DNA of 63,706 nucleotides, the filler included, from Chiloscyllium plagiosum (Eukaryota): NCBI RefSeq assembly GCF_004010195.1. It is 4 parts of one record of this genome, joined end to end, with 100 filler letters (N's around TTAATTAATTAA, not from the genome) between each part and the next. Parts side by side here need not be neighbours in the genome. Positions count along the whole stretch, not along the records: positions 1 to 15,333 come from NC_057717.1; positions 15,434 to 28,535 come from NC_057717.1; 2 more parts are not named here. One strand, written 5' to 3'. This document shows, one piece after another, positions 13,405 through 27,399 of the stretch (position 1 is the stretch's first letter; each line of letters opens with the position of its first letter). Position numbers and translations under genes: made by a program. A model generated the notes under the pieces. The model made no database searches and was not told where the DNA came from. It saw nothing but the letters and a program-made list of their open reading frames with translations.

Positions 13405-14544
13405 NNNNNNNNNNNNNNNNNNNNNNNNNNNNNNNNNNNNNNNNNNNNNNNNNNNNNNNNNNNNNNNNNNNNNNNNNNNNNNNNNNNNNNNNNNNNNNNN
13501 NNNNNNNNNNNNNNNNNNNNNNNNNNNNNNNNNNNNNNNNNNNNNNNNNNNNNNNNNNNNNNNNNNNNNNNNNNNNNNNNNNNNNNNNNNNNNNNNNNNN
13601 NNNNNNNNNNNNNNNNNNNNNNNNNNNNNNNNNNNNNNNNNNNNNNNNNNNNNNNNNNNNNNNNNNNNNNNNNNNNNNNNNNNNNNNNNNNNNNNNNNNN
13701 NNNNNNNNNNNNNNNNNNNNNNNNNNNNNNNNNNNNNNNNNNNNNNNNNNNNNNNNNNNNNNNNNNNNNNNNNNNNNNNNNNNNNNNNNNNNNNNNNNNN
13801 NNNNNNNNNNNNNNNNNNNNNNNNNNNNNNNNNNNNNNNNNNNNNNNNNNNNNNNNNNNNNNNTGTAACAGACTAGAGAGGCTGAATGGCCTTTCCCGTC
13901 CCTTTGTAACAGGGGCATGGGGACAGAATTACTTCCTCCTGTTCCTGCGNNNNNNNNNNNNNNNNNNNNNNNNNNNNNNNNNNNNNNNNNNNNNNNNNNN
14001 NNNNNNNNNNNNNNNNNNNNNNNNNNNNNNNNNNNNNNNNNNNNNNNNNNNNNNNNNNNNNNNNNNNNNNNNNNNNNNNNNNNNNNNNNNNNNNNNNNNN
14101 NNNNNNNNNNNNNNNNNNNNNNNNNNNNNNNNNNNNNNNNNNNNNNNNNNNNNNNNNNNNNNNNNNNNNNNNNNNNNNNNNNNNNNNNNNNNNNNNNNNN
14201 NNNNNNNNNNNNNNNNNNNNNNNNNNNNNNNNNNNNNNNNNNNNNNNNNNNNNNNNNNNNNNNNNNNNNNNNNNNNNNNNNNNNNNNNNNNNNNNNNNNN
14301 NNNNNNNNNNNNNNNNNNNNNNNNNNNNNNNNNNNNNNNNNNNNNNNNNNNNNNNNNNNNNNNNNNNNNNNNNNNNNNNNNNNNNNNNNNNNNNNNNNNN
14401 NNNNNNNNNNNNNNNNNNNNNNNNNNNNNNNNNNNNNNNNNNNNNNNNNACCATCACTCGGCTTGATGGTACTTATAGACTGATGGAATATCCTGGGGAA
14501 AATGTTACAGATTATGTTTGAATACAATCCGACTTCTGTTGCTG

Positions 14545-14796
14545 CTGTTGTCTACAGCATCACATGAACGCCCAGGTTGAGCTGCAATATCTGCAATTCA
14601 ATTGTACTGACTGTCCCCCACTTCACATCGAGACCCATTCACCCATCAGCTGGGAACTCAGTGACCTCACCTGTTGTCTACAGCATCACATGAATGCCCA
14701 GGTTGAGCTGCAATATCTGCAATTCAATTCTGCTGACTGTCACCCAGTTCACATCTGGACCAATTCACCCATCAGCCGTGAACTCAGTGACCTCAT
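14545..14796. repeat. Two-copy 126-bp tandem repeat
   Basis: CTGTTGTCTACAGCATCACATGAA at 14545 and 14671. Confidence 0.9.
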
Positions 14797-15377
14797 CTGG
14801 TGTCTGATGCAGGAATACGTTAATTTTAATATTCTCATTCTGCTGAGGGTCTCTCCTTGGTGTCATGCTTCTAATATGTTACATTACTCAAACCCTTTAA
14901 CATATTCATCTGAACCTTTTCCTTTCTCGTAATGCCATCTTCAGCGTTTGAATTGAATGCGTTTCCCTTTCGTTTTCTCCCTGACCATGATTAAGAGCTC
15001 TGTGGTGTCAGTGATGCCAGCCTTTTGCAGTTTCAGAGCCAATGAATATGTGAACTTTGCGGTATCGTTCAGTTCCCAGTGTAGGGCGCTCCGTGTTGGG
15101 CAGGGCGTTTGAGCAGCTTTTACACACGTCATTGGAACTTGTTCAAAAACAGAAATTGCTGAAGAAACAAAGGAGGTCTGGCGGCATCTTCTGTAGTGAA
15201 TGCGGAGTTCATGTTTCGGGTCCAGTGACCCTTTTATGAAGCTCTCAGTTTCTCCAGCATTTTTTGTGTTTTTAGTTCCAGTATACCTTCGCTATTTCTT
15301 TAATTGAAAATTTGTGCTGTGCCTATTCGTTTCNNNNNNNNNNNNNNNNNNNNNNNNNNNNNNNNNNNNNNNNNNNN

Positions 15378-15389
15378 TTAATTAATTAA
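15378..15389. other. Artificial scaffold linker TTAATTAATTAA inside N gap
   Basis: Six-frame stop palindrome centred in a 100-base gap; identical at 28580 and 56561. Confidence 0.95.
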
Positions 15390-15998
15390 NNNNNNNNNNN
15401 NNNNNNNNNNNNNNNNNNNNNNNNNNNNNNNNNGTGAGCTGAGTCAGAAGTGAAGTGAGGAAAGTACATTGAGGCCATTAGAAGGGTGTGACTGGAGAAC
15501 TGGCCACAGGAACAGGCAGATAATTTACACCAGTATTTCCGCATGGGGAAGTCACTGTAAGCATGTCAATGGTATAAACAAAATGGTAATAGGAGGGAAA
15601 TTATTGAACTGTCTCTAACAAAATGAGCAAGGTTTTTAACTAACAGATAAGAATAAGGATAGACAGATCAGCATGAATCCATAGTAATTTTAAAAGAAGT
15701 GGTCACAGAGTGACTTGCGGCACTGTGTGAAATATTCCTTAATTCTCTGGATTACAGGAGTGTTCCAGTGAAACTGGAGAACCTCCAATGTGGTATCTGT
15801 CTTCAAGAAAGGAATGAGACAGAAGGCAGGAACAATTTAGCCTAACCATTATTGCTGGGAATCTGCTAGAACCTGTTATTAAGGAAGGAATTGCAGGGCA
15901 CTTAGAAAAGCTTAATGGAGAGTTGGCATGGTTTGTGAAGGAGAAACTATTTTTGTCCTGTAAAATCATACAAATTATTTTTTGGAGATCCCTGAGAA

Positions 15999-16093
15999 TG
16001 TGAAGATTAGAGCCATGCTGGAAAAGCACAGCATGTCAGGCAGTATCCAAGGAGCAGGAAAATCAATGTTTCGGCAGGAACCCTTCATCAGGA
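15999..16093 (-). mobile_element. Solo Penelope-like pLTR/hammerhead insertion with 11-bp TSD
   Basis: Flanked by ATCCCTGAGAA at 15988-15998 and 16094-16104; absent from the paralogous site near 61030-61050. Confidence 0.8.
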
Positions 16094-17745
16094 ATCCCTG
16101 AGAAAATGACAAGCAGATTTGATAAAGGGAACTGGTCAACATGAGGCTTTCCAGAGATTTTTCACAAGGTATCACAAAATAAACGTTCTGACACAAGACA
16201 GAGGCTCGTAGTATGATGAATAATATATTAGCATGGGATGATAGTTGTTTAACACATAGAAATCGGAGAGTCAGGATTAATGGATCTTTATGATAAAGAC
16301 ATATCTACTGGATTACCACAAATATCAGGCCGATGACATCAGTTATTTACAATCTATACTGATAGCCTGACGGCGGGAGCTGGGTGCAATAAACATCTGA
16401 GTTTGTGGATGACACTGAGAACCAAAATGCAGGCTGTTATTTCATGAAGAGGACTCCCAAATAAGGAGCAGTACAAAGGGATTGGAGTGTTCCTGTGTAT
16501 GAATCATAACGTTAGCATGGTGATGCAGCATGTAACTAGGTTGGTTCATGAGGCGGCTTTCTGGGATGAAAGGAATGAATTATTGAATGCATCTCCAATG
16601 GCGAGGCGATTATTCATTGTGGTTGAAATGAATGAGGGTGATATTATTGAAATGTACAAGATGCAGAGGAAGCTTGACGAGGTAGATGCTGATAAGGTGT
16701 TTCCCCTGAGTCTCGAACTCGAAGCGGTAGATACCGAATAAGGAACATCGATTTCAATCTGAGGTGAAAAATAATGAACTCTCTCAGAAGGCAGTGAATG
16801 TCTGGAATTCCCTAACCCAGAGAGTTGTGGAGAGATACAGGGAATTGGGTAGGAAAGTGGAATTGAGCCTGGAAGTACATCAGCAATATTCTTATTGAAT
16901 GAGAGTTCAGGCCTGAGAGGCCGAATATCCGACTCATGTTCCTACTTCTTAAGGTTTTACGTTATGTTTTTGGAAAGTAATTGGTTATTTTCCTGGAAGT
17001 CGTGTTGTACAATGTTGCATTTGGGAGAGGAGGAAATATGCCTGAGTTAACCCTGGATGGGATGTGGGGGCTGTATTCCGAGCAATTCCAGAGCAGACGT
17101 TACAGAGTGGGGAAGCCTGGAAAAAGGGATTGCGGCTCGGGGTCACTTCCTGACGATGCCTGGAATTTCCAAGTGCACTTCCAAAACTACACTTAACCAT
17201 CGGCATGACCTCAATCTGCCTGCGTGTAGCAGGTCCGGAGGGCTGAATCGAACATCAGAACATAGGGTTGAGGGACACGAGTGGGCCAATCGGCCCTTTG
17301 ACACTACTCCACCAGTAAATAAGATCATGGCTCATCTCATTGTGCTCCCTTCTGCACTTTTCTCTCCATGCAGCATTATCCCTGATTCATTTGTCTATGT
17401 AAAATCAGACAAAGCCATAAAAACATCATATAATATTATATAATATTAATATAAAGATCCAGCCATCCCAAACTTCTGGGAACGAGAATTCCCACTTGAA
17501 TGAAATCTCACTTTGTGAATTTTTACCAACTCCGGTTCTGACTGAGGATCGAGGGTGTCATTGTTTCCTTTTCTAGTCCCAATCCTCCACTGCTCACAAC
17601 AAATTTTAAATGTAACCAGGTTGGTGATATGACCGATGATAAAGGTCTCAGACTGGGTCAGGTTTAGTGACAGGAACAAGTCAGGCAGATTTCTTTCGTC
17701 AGCCGCAGGTAACTAATAGAGCTAACGGAGCAGCATGTTAGATTT

Positions 17746-18075
17746 GTGGTTAGTACTGCTGCCTCATATCAACAAGGAGCTGAGTTCAATGCCAACCTCG
17801 TCCGACACTCTGAGTGGGGTTTGAACATTCTTTCCGTGTCTGTGTGGGTTTCTTCCCAGTTCTCCAGTTTCCTCCCACAGTTCAAAGATGTGCAGCTTAG
17901 TTTGATTGGCCATGCTAAATTACGGAGCGTGACCATGGATGTGTAGGTTAAGTGGGTTATTCATGGGAATTGCAGGGTAACATGGATAGGGGAGGGGGAC
18001 AGGTCTGGATGGGATACTGTTCAGTGGGTTAGTGTGTACTCGATGGGTCGAATGTCCTGCTTCCACACTGTAGGG
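17746..18075 (+). mobile_element. Diverged HE1/V-SINE-like element (paralog of 2337-2665)
   Basis: Sequence similarity to the copy A SINE. Confidence 0.85.
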
Positions 18076-19133
18076 GTTTAATGACAACGGGATCAAGTTT
18101 GGGCTATTCAAATCCCAGTCGATATATACCTTATCCACTCGCCTCAAGGCTTTNNNNNNNNNNNNNNNNNNNNNNNNNNNNNNNNNNNNNNNNNNNNNNN
18201 NNNNNNNNNNNNNNNNNNNNNNNNNNNNNNNNNNNNNNNNNNNNNNNNNNNNNNNNNNNNNNNNNNNNNNNNNNNNNNNNNNNNNNNNNNNNNNNNNNNN
18301 NNNNNNNNNNNNNNNNNNNNNNNNNNNNNNNNNNNNNNNNNNNNNNNNNNNNNNNNNNNNNNNNNNNNNNNNNNNNNNNNNNNNNNNNNNNNNNNNNNNN
18401 NNNNNNNNNNNNNNNNNNNNNNNNNNNNNNNNNNNNNNNNNNNNNNNNNNNNNNNNNNNNNNNNNNNNNNNNNNNNNNNNNNNNNNNNNNNNNNNNNNNN
18501 NNNNNNNNNNNNNNNNNNNNNNNNNNNNNNNNNNNNNNNNNNNNNNNNNNNNNNNNNNNNNNNNNNNNNNNNNNNNNNNNNNNNNNNNNNNNNNNNNNNN
18601 NNNNNNNNNNNNNNNNNNNNNNNNNNNNNNNNNNNNNNNNNNNNNNNNNNNNNNNNNNNNNNNNNNNNNNNNNNNNNNNNNNNNNNNNNNNNNNNNNNNN
18701 NNNNNNNNNNNNNNNNNNNNNNNNNNNNNNNNNNNNNNNNNNNNNNNNNNNNNNNNNNNNNNNNNNNNNNNNNNNNNNNNNNNNNNNNNNNNNNNNNNNN
18801 NNNNNNNNNNNNNNNNNNNNNNNNNNNNNNNNNNNNNNNNNNNNNNNNNNNNNNNNNNNNNNNNNNNNNNNNNNNNNNNNNNNNNNNNNNNNNNNNNNNN
18901 NNNNNNNNNNNNNNNNNNNNNNNNNNNNNNNNNNNNNNNNNNNNNNNNNNNNNNNNNNNNNNNNNNNNNNNNNNNNNNNNNNNNNNNNNNNNNNNNNNNN
19001 NNNNNNNNNNNNNNNNNNNNNNNNNNNNNNNNNNNNNNNNNNNNNNNNNNNNNNNNNNNNNNNNNNNNNNNNNNNNNNNNNNNNNNNNNNNNNNNNNNNN
19101 NNNNNNNNNNNNNNNNNNNNNNNNNNNNNNNNN

Positions 19134-22100
19134 TTTTCAGCGGCAGTGATTCAGGAAAGAAACTCTTTTGATGATATCAAGAGAAGACTAAGGGAACTTG
19201 CGATTCAGTATTCCTTCATGAACGCAGCGGTTCTCGGTATGCTTTCAATAGATCTACGCACTGGTGGATCTTTCAATAGATCCATTGACGCTCCAGAGGA
19301 CGCGAAAACTTTGTGGACACTATAAAGCAGGCTGGATGCTTTAATGGATATCGATAATTATGTTTCTCTCGTTTTAAAGAAAGCTTGTTGAATCTTTCTT
19401 GTATTAAGTAGTGTTAAATTATAGGCGGGGATGGGGAGAGTACACACTTTTAACTTCATTAACATTAGTACTCGTTTTTCTCTTGCTTAGTTTGTGTGTC
19501 GGGTTCGGCTCAATCTGGAGGGAGTTATGAAGGTGATCATGATGACTGAATGTCCACCAAAGGGCAGTTCAATCCATGGATGCAGTATTGATAATGGGGC
19601 AGAAGATAAAGATTTGTGACGTGCAAATGCCCCCAGTGGGCGGGGGGTAAATGCCCCTCCTGAGTGCCATTGGCACGTTGTATCCTTGTTTTTGTATGTA
19701 TTTAGTTATGGGACGTTTGGAGAGCTTGTTAGTTGTAGTAGCTTTAGTTAGTATGTGTCTTTTACGGTCTATGAGTCGTTTTTCATTGACGCTCAGCGAT
19801 TTGTAATTCGAGTTATTCTTCTCAGGAGTTCAAATGTTGTTCTAGTGTGTTATGGCTAATGTCATGCTTAAATGGTGTATTTGTAGCATTAAGGGGAAGC
19901 AGTTAAGAGGAAAAAGGTACTTTCTAGCCTTAAAAAGGAGAGGGTGGATATTGTCCTATTGCAGGAGATGCACCTTGATGACAAGGAATATTTGACATTA
20001 CAGCAGGGCGGGTTTGATGGCTTTATTTCTCGTCTTTTAATACTAGGAGTAGAGGAGAAGCCATACTGGATAGGAAGAATCTTCCATTTTCATCACGAGT
20101 TTGTATTAGGCACCCACGGAGGATCATAATCCTCAAATATATATGGGGAAGAAACGGTATTTTGAATGTTATTGCCCCCTGGCGCACAGCCTTAAATTCC
20201 TGATATATGCATTTTCCAAATTAAGTAATCTTTCTTCGCAGCTTGTTATTGTAGGAGGAGACTTCAATTGTCTTTTGCTCCCACCGTGGACAGAATGCCC
20301 AAAAGCCCTCAGTACCATCTTTACAATCTAAGCAATTAGTGGATTTTTGTAATCCTCAAATATATATGGGGAAGAAACGGTATTTTGAATGTTATTGCCC
20401 CCTGGCGCACAGCCTTAAATTCCTGATATATGCATTTTCCAAATTAAGTAATCTTTCTTCGCAGCTTGTTATTGTAGGAGGAGACTTCAATTGTCTTTTG
20501 CTCCCACCGTGGACAGAATGCCCAAAAGCCCTCAGTACCATCTTTACAATCTAAGCAATTAGTGGATTTTTGTGTGGAACTAGGGCTGGTGGATGTTTGG
20601 AGGCAGATCCACCTCATGTATACGCTTTTCCTTTTTCTTTTAACCCGCAGAAATGCCACACGAGGTTGATCTCTTCCTCACCTTGCAGCAATCTTCGAAT
20701 CAATGGTGTTCTGTGCAATTGGGAATATTACCATTTCTGACCATGCAGCAGTATACTTATTGGTTAAGATTAAGGGCAATATAGCAGGCTCAAGACACTG
20801 GCGAATGGATCCCTTTATTCTTAGGGATAGTCAGTTCATTGAGTATTTCTGTAATGAAGTCAGATATTTCTTAGCCATTAATTCAGATCCAACCAGTAAC
20901 CCATCCATTCTATGGAAAATTGCTAATGTTGATGCCAAAGGAATAATTATTCCTTAGGATGCGGCAGATGCTGGAGCAGAACGCTTGCTCCAGGCACGGT
21001 TGAAGGCAGCCGAGAGGGTGTACTGTGATAGACCCTCGGTGGCTAGGCTGCAGAGGATCACAATGCTTCGGTGTACAATGAATTCTATTCTCATACAGAC
21101 AACTAAGAATGAATTTACTTTTGCAAAACAAAGGCTGTTTGAGCATGGTGATAAGCCGGGCAAGTATTTAGCCTATCTTGCGAGGAAAAGAGAGCCCCAA
21201 AGCCATTGCCTCAGGGAAGGTACTGGAACCTTTACCTGCAATCCCATAAAGGTTAAAGCACCATTTCGGAGATTTTACTCCGAATTATATCAGACTGAGC
21301 ATACTGAGGTTAGGTGGATTAATATGGAGTCTTTCTTCAAGAACTTGAATATTCCAGGGAATACCCACAAGTAAGAGTCTTGCCTTAATGCACCATTGTC
21401 AGTGCTGGAGGAGGTAAAGCAGCTTCAGGGCGGAAAGGCCCCCGATCCTGACGGATCTCCAAGTGAATTTTCCGTCTAATTTATAGAACTATTGTCAGAG
21501 CCGATGCTTACCATGTTAGTCACTCACACAGTCACGACTGACTCCTACCATCCTTAAGAAAGGTTCATGTCTCTTTTATTTTTAAGAAAACGAAGACACT
21601 GGAAGATTGTGCTACTTATAGGCCCATCTCACATTTAAATGTTGATTTCAAGTTCCTGTCTGAGACCCTTACATTATGGCTGGAAAATGTGTATCCTTCC
21701 ATTGTAAAACTGGACCAAACCACCTTATAAAGGGCTGAAGATACTCCCAACAATATTAGGAGACTACTCAATATTGTCAAGCGTGTCCAGAACAAATTAT
21801 ATAGGTATAAGTGATCCCTTTTAACGCAGAGAAGGCATTTGATTGGGTTGAGTGGCTGTATCTCTTGTATACATTGGAATGGTTTGGTCGAGGGAAGGTT
21901 TTAATCAAGTGGGTGATGGTCCTTGAAATTGATCCTCTGGCCATGTTTCTCACCAATATTATGTTATCCTATAACATTAATATTGCTAGAGGCAGTCCAA
22001 AGTAGACCCCTTTCGCCAGTGTTGTTTACGTTGGTGATTGAGCCACTGGTGAAGGCCATCTGCAGGGACCCCAACATATCTGCCCCAGAAGTGGGAGAGA

Positions 22101-24120
22101 AGTCACATAAGATTACATTGTCTGCAGATGATGGTCTAATATTTTTGTTAAATCCCACAGTTTTGGTACCTCAACTCATGCAATGCATCAGTTCGAATGG
22201 TGCCTTTTCCGGCTAGACCATTGATTTTACAAAGTCGGAGGCCAAGTCTATGGGCAATATTGGGTAAATACCTGATGTCGATGGAGAAACCTGGTTTATT
22301 TTTCAATGGTCCCGGGGTTTATGGGGATATTCCCTTTTCAGGTATATTCATTAATTCTATCTTTGAACTTATATTTAACGTGGAATTTGTCCATTTGTTT
22401 GACAAAATTAAACAAGACCTTAGAAGATGGGAGGCACTTCCAATAATCTGGCTAGATCAGATAGCTCTTATTAAAATGAATTCCCTCCCTTGCTTGCTAT
22501 ACCCCATGTGAATGCTTTATTTGATGATTCCCAGATAGAGATTTAGGAGATTTAATGGATGATTTAGCTCTTCGACTTGTCACCATAAGCGACCCCTTAT
22601 CAAGTTAACCAAATTACAACGACTCCACAGTTTGTGGGGAGTAGTTCTCCTGGATATTAAAATCTATCAATTAAGCTCTTTGTTACCCCGTGTTAGTGAG
22701 GCCTCGGCATCAATATGGTAAGATATTGAAGTTTCTCAGGCAAAATTCTCCCTTATTAGTCTACTATTCATAGACAAAATGAGGACGGAGATACGGAATA
22801 TTGCCATTTCCCAATGAGTATCAATAATTTTAAAGTAGGGAGGGCAATGTGTCCGATCGAGGGCAATATAGCCAAGCCTCATTTCTTACCCCAAAACTTG
22901 GTGTACAGTGTTTCCGACGGGGGGAATACTCGATTCCATGTTTAAACTATGGGCAACTCGTGGGTGTATCTTGCTTTGATGATTTATCAGAGGGAAAAAC
23001 AAGAATATCCTTTGATCAAATAAGTCGTAACTATAGACTACTGAGTAGAGATCTCTTCTGTTTTCTTTTTATCAGATCAGAGATGTTATTCAAAAAAGAA
23101 CCACGCTTTTAACAGACCCATACAGATCCGATACAGAGAAGAGGGTGCTTGGTGCTAAGAACACACCCTCTGTCAGTACCCTTTATCATTTGTTGGAGAG
23201 TGGCCCCCAGACGAGACTTTGTGCCTTTCCGAGGTCTGCAAAGAGAGTTGGGGGTTCAGATCTCTTCAGACACAGGGGAGGATATTTGTGAAAAGGCAAG
23301 AATTATTTTGATCTGTAAGAAGACTCTTGCCATGTAGTTGAAGTTTCTTCACAGAATCTATCTGGCCCCATATCCTCTCTCAAAATTCAAGATGGGAATA
23401 TGTCTTAAATACAGAATGACTATGGGCACTCTTACTCATTGCTTGTTGACCTTCCACCGGCGCTATAGGAGCGGTGTGTTCGGTAGGATGGAGAGGGTCT
23501 TGGGGACCGAATTGGAGATGGATCCGTTTTCCCTTTTCCTGGACCTGCATAGTCTACCTTACTCAGATGTGCTTAGGAAAAAAATACTTCAATACCCTCA
23601 CTCTCTGTGTTCAGAAAAAATGTTCTGTTGTGTTGGGTGTCTGAAAAACCCCTGGATCTGTTGGGTTGCTTTAACCTCGTCATGGAGAATAGCCCTTTGG
23701 ACTTTTTTAAAGGTATGTTGCACCAGAAAATAAAGGATTTTTATTAAAAATGGCAGCCCTTTTTGAATTACCAAGATACAGGCTGATCTGCCACTCTAAT
23801 AAGGACTTGTATATAGCTGTGACGAACTTGACTAATGAATGTAATGTCCAGAGAGCAAGAATTACGAACAAATGAACGTGTATTAGTTAATGCTTTTGAA
23901 GGTTGCGAGCTATAGTTTTGTTATACTGAGCTCAACTATTCATTTTATAATTTTTTTTTAATTTTCTTCTGTCCATTGATTTACCTTGCTTCTTTTTTAT
24001 ATACATGCACATGGGTGTAATTGTGTTCAATGTGCATTGTTTTTTGAGTTGGTACTTATTGGTTCATTGAAGCATTAAAAAGATTTTCTCTGAATAAAAA
24101 TATTTTTGAAAAAGTTAAAA
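19134..24120 (+). mobile_element. Decayed L1-clade LINE, copy B (5' part lies in gap)
   Basis: Same motifs and shared lesions as 3161-9050; also shows the C-terminal Cys/His remnant (CLKYRMTMGTLTHC) that falls in the gap in copy A. Confidence 0.93.
20127..20572. repeat. 223-bp exact tandem duplication inside L1 copy B
   Basis: TAATCCTCAAATATATATGGGGAAG at 20127 and 20350; single copy in copy A. Confidence 0.9.
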
Positions 24121-25904
24121 TGTTTACATGGATAGAATAGAGTCCCAAACGACCACTTGCTCATTAGTGAGAACACAAATTATGGTTTATCTTAAGGGTC
24201 ATCACACCTTGGGTGATAGGATGATGTTGAGAGGACGTCCCCTTCGTGGCAACCTCTGTCTGTGTGGGGAATTGAACCTGCGCTGTTAGCCTTCCTGTGC
24301 ATCACCAGCCAGCCAACAGATTGCGAGACTGTGTAACTGCTATAGATAGAAATAGCCAAAGTCAAAGTAAAATATAAACTTTGATAAGAAGGAAAAAAGG
24401 CACAATTCAGATAATGGTCAAGATAATGGCTGAGGAAAAAAAATCTCCGCTGGAAATTGTATTTTATAACGAGACAGTTGATGGGATGCTGTCTTTGGTT
24501 GAATATAATAAGGTTACCCAAGCAAAATAAACAGAATTACTAATTGTGATTAGATATCGATAAGTATAAAATATGAGTACATTTTTGATTGGTCTGTGTG
24601 AAGCATGCGAACCATTGTATGAATGTTTAAAGCTTATGGAACATATTTTTGGAGGGTTGATCCCCATGGGAAATGCCTCCCGAACACAAGCTTGAAGAAA
24701 CCCAGGGTAGAAAGTGCGTGAGTGTCGTCTGGTCAGTGACAGGAAACCAGGGGGCTGAATGATTGAAAGTTCCTGCAACGTGAAGCCCAGGAGACAGTCA
24801 GATCACCCCGATCTTATTAAATGGTACAGTACATTTGAAGGGCTGAATGGACTCAGTATGGATTTTAATTGCATGTGATTTTTTACAAATCACACTCTGT
24901 TCCTTCACCTAATGTTTTACACACTGGGGCACTGCCATTTTCCTGAAACTGGGAATTATTGGAATATTATCTGGAACATTCCATAATCAGCATTCTCCGG
25001 AAGATCTACAATCTGGGGGGATATTATAAAGGCAAGAGATACGGGGGGAGGGGGGTGCTTCATGCAGGAGTGAGAGTGGTGGAGCATAAACCTTGTTCAG
25101 GTGTCGGTGCTTGAACAGACATACATTGAGTGTGAGGGACCAGAGAGCATACGATGACCCTTATCCTCGCAGAGTGGGAAATGTTATCGATGCTTGTTCT
25201 GTATTGCTAGACATTACTACAGATCGCAGATACTGCACTGAACTGGGTGGTGAGCTCAGACCTTGCTCGGTGGGTCTGGTGGTGTGGCCCCCTTGGGAAG
25301 AGATGTACTAATCCATTCACCAGGACATCTGTGACCTTGTTGACAAACCGTGGCGTGATTGAACCTTATCTGCTATGCTCTGGGTAAACTGTACATGACA
25401 GCTCTAAACTCAGGAAAGCTCAATCGAGTGCCCATTGTCCTTTTAAAGATGCCACCAGTGCCAGGGATAATGGAATATCCAGGGGCATCCAGGCGATGGT
25501 GGGTACCTCCAGCCATGATGGGTGGGGAAATTGGGCTAGCATTGAATGAGAGCGACACCATGGGGTAGGGTGGGTAATTAATGAGGTGAGTTCGATAAGA
25601 TAACACCAGGAAACTAGCTCGGCCTCGTGCAGAGCTTGTCACACTCAATGACAATCATTCAAAGATAGATTATTGTTAGATTCAGATGGATGAGATGAAG
25701 ACTCTTGCTGACCCCATTCACAGTTACAGAGTTGCAGAACAAATCCTCATCCAAAACTCTCCATCATCTGTTCTCACACCTATATTCTGTTCACCATCAT
25801 TCCTGGTAATACTGGCTTATTTTGTCGGATGCTTTCGAAATGTCTATATCACAGCTAACTACTGATAAATCCAGCATATATTTCACTGGAATCGGCCCAT
25901 TGCG

Positions 25905-26720
25905 CAGATACAACATAGTTTCCTGAAGGGCAGGTCATGCTTATCAAGTCTGTTGGAAATTTATGAAGAAATTATGAGCAATGTAGAAAACGAGGCCCAA
26001 GTGAATGCAGTGTATCTAGGTTTCCAAATGGTCTTCGACAAGGTGCCGCACAATACACTGCTGCAGAAGGTAAAAATGGAACGCGTTATTGGTAAAGTAT
26101 TAGTATGGATAGAAGATTGGTTGACTAACAGGAAGCAAAGGGTGGGTCTAAATGAGTGCTATTCATATCTGGCAAACAGTGACTAGTGGCGTGCTTCAGG
26201 GATCAGTATTGGGGCTGCAACTATGCGGTAGTTGGTCAATGTTTGCAGATGACACGAAGATAAGTGGCAGGGCAACGTGTGCAGAGATCTATGAAACGTT
26301 TAAGAAGAGCACAGATACTTTGAGTGAATAGGCAAATATCTGGCAGATGGAATACGATGTCAGTAAATGTGAATGCATCCATTTTGTTGGGAATACCAGT
26401 AAAAAGGATTGTTACTTGGATGGTAAAACGTTGCAGCATGCTGCTCTGCAGCGGGTCATGGGTGTCCATGTGCATGAATCACACAAGGTTGTTCTGCAGA
26501 TAAAGCAGGTACTGAGGAAGGCAAATGGTATGTTGCCTTTCGTTGCTGAAGGTATTCAATTTAAAATCAGGTAAGTTATTTTGCAGCTGTACAGGGTGCT
26601 GGTGAAGACACACCTGGAGTATTGTATCAAGTTTAAGCCCCTTTACTTGAGAACGAATGTACTGACACTAGATAGAGTGCAGAAGAGTTTCACTGAGTTG
26701 AATTCGGAGTTGAGAGATAA
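25905..26720 (+). mobile_element. CR1 LINE RT fragment
   Basis: VNAVYLGFQMVFDKVPH...WIEDWLTNRKQRV, FADDTK, LYRVLVKTHLEYC. Confidence 0.9.
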
Positions 26721-27399
26721 TTTGTTGGTTTTTCAGAAAGTTACGTTATTCTATCTGCTATCCTCTTGTGTTTCATTCAGCTGCATCACTCCTGGAATAT
26801 CCACCATAAACCTGCTTAAGTCAATGAGCAAAGTTTGGGTCTGCGCTACTTCCTTGAAATGATTTGAGGAGGTCTGTCCTGGTCCATAACAGTGTGTAAC
26901 AGCTAGATCTAATATACTGGCATGGGTTGAGAATGGGAGAGTTTAAATGAAAAAGTGATTCAGTATAAACAGTTCTATATATTTTTGGAGTGGAAAGCAA
27001 TGACTAGCATGATAATCCAGGATTTGATGTTTGGACCCCAGCTATTCAGAAAGCATATTAAACATTTGCTCAAGGGCATTGTATACAATCTTTCCAAATC
27101 GGCTGATGGCCCCAAATTGAGATTGTGAGTTGGTGATCAGGATGTTGGTGATCAGATGAAGACAATTGGAGGGAATGGGCAAATACCTGGCAGGTGAAGA
27201 ACAACGTGGATGGACGTGACATTGAGCACATTGGTTGGAAAAAATAAAATAACGGTTAACATTTCAAAAGAAATTGATGTAAACTTGTGAAATAAGTGTA
27301 TACTTTTGTTGACTTCTTTACAAATTGACGGACCGAAGTTCCTACTTCAATTTATATCCAGATAGTTAAGCACTTCAAAGGATGTAGAGTATATAGTGT

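Larger units (their letters stand above)
15434..25855 (+). repeat. Segmental duplication unit, copy B
   Basis: Colinear with 16-10794. Confidence 0.95.

Noticed and set aside
17620..17715. C/D snoRNA or spliced exon (ATGATAA...CAG/GTAACT)
   Set aside because: Imperfect C box, no terminal D box or stem, and the donor GT is not conserved in copy C.
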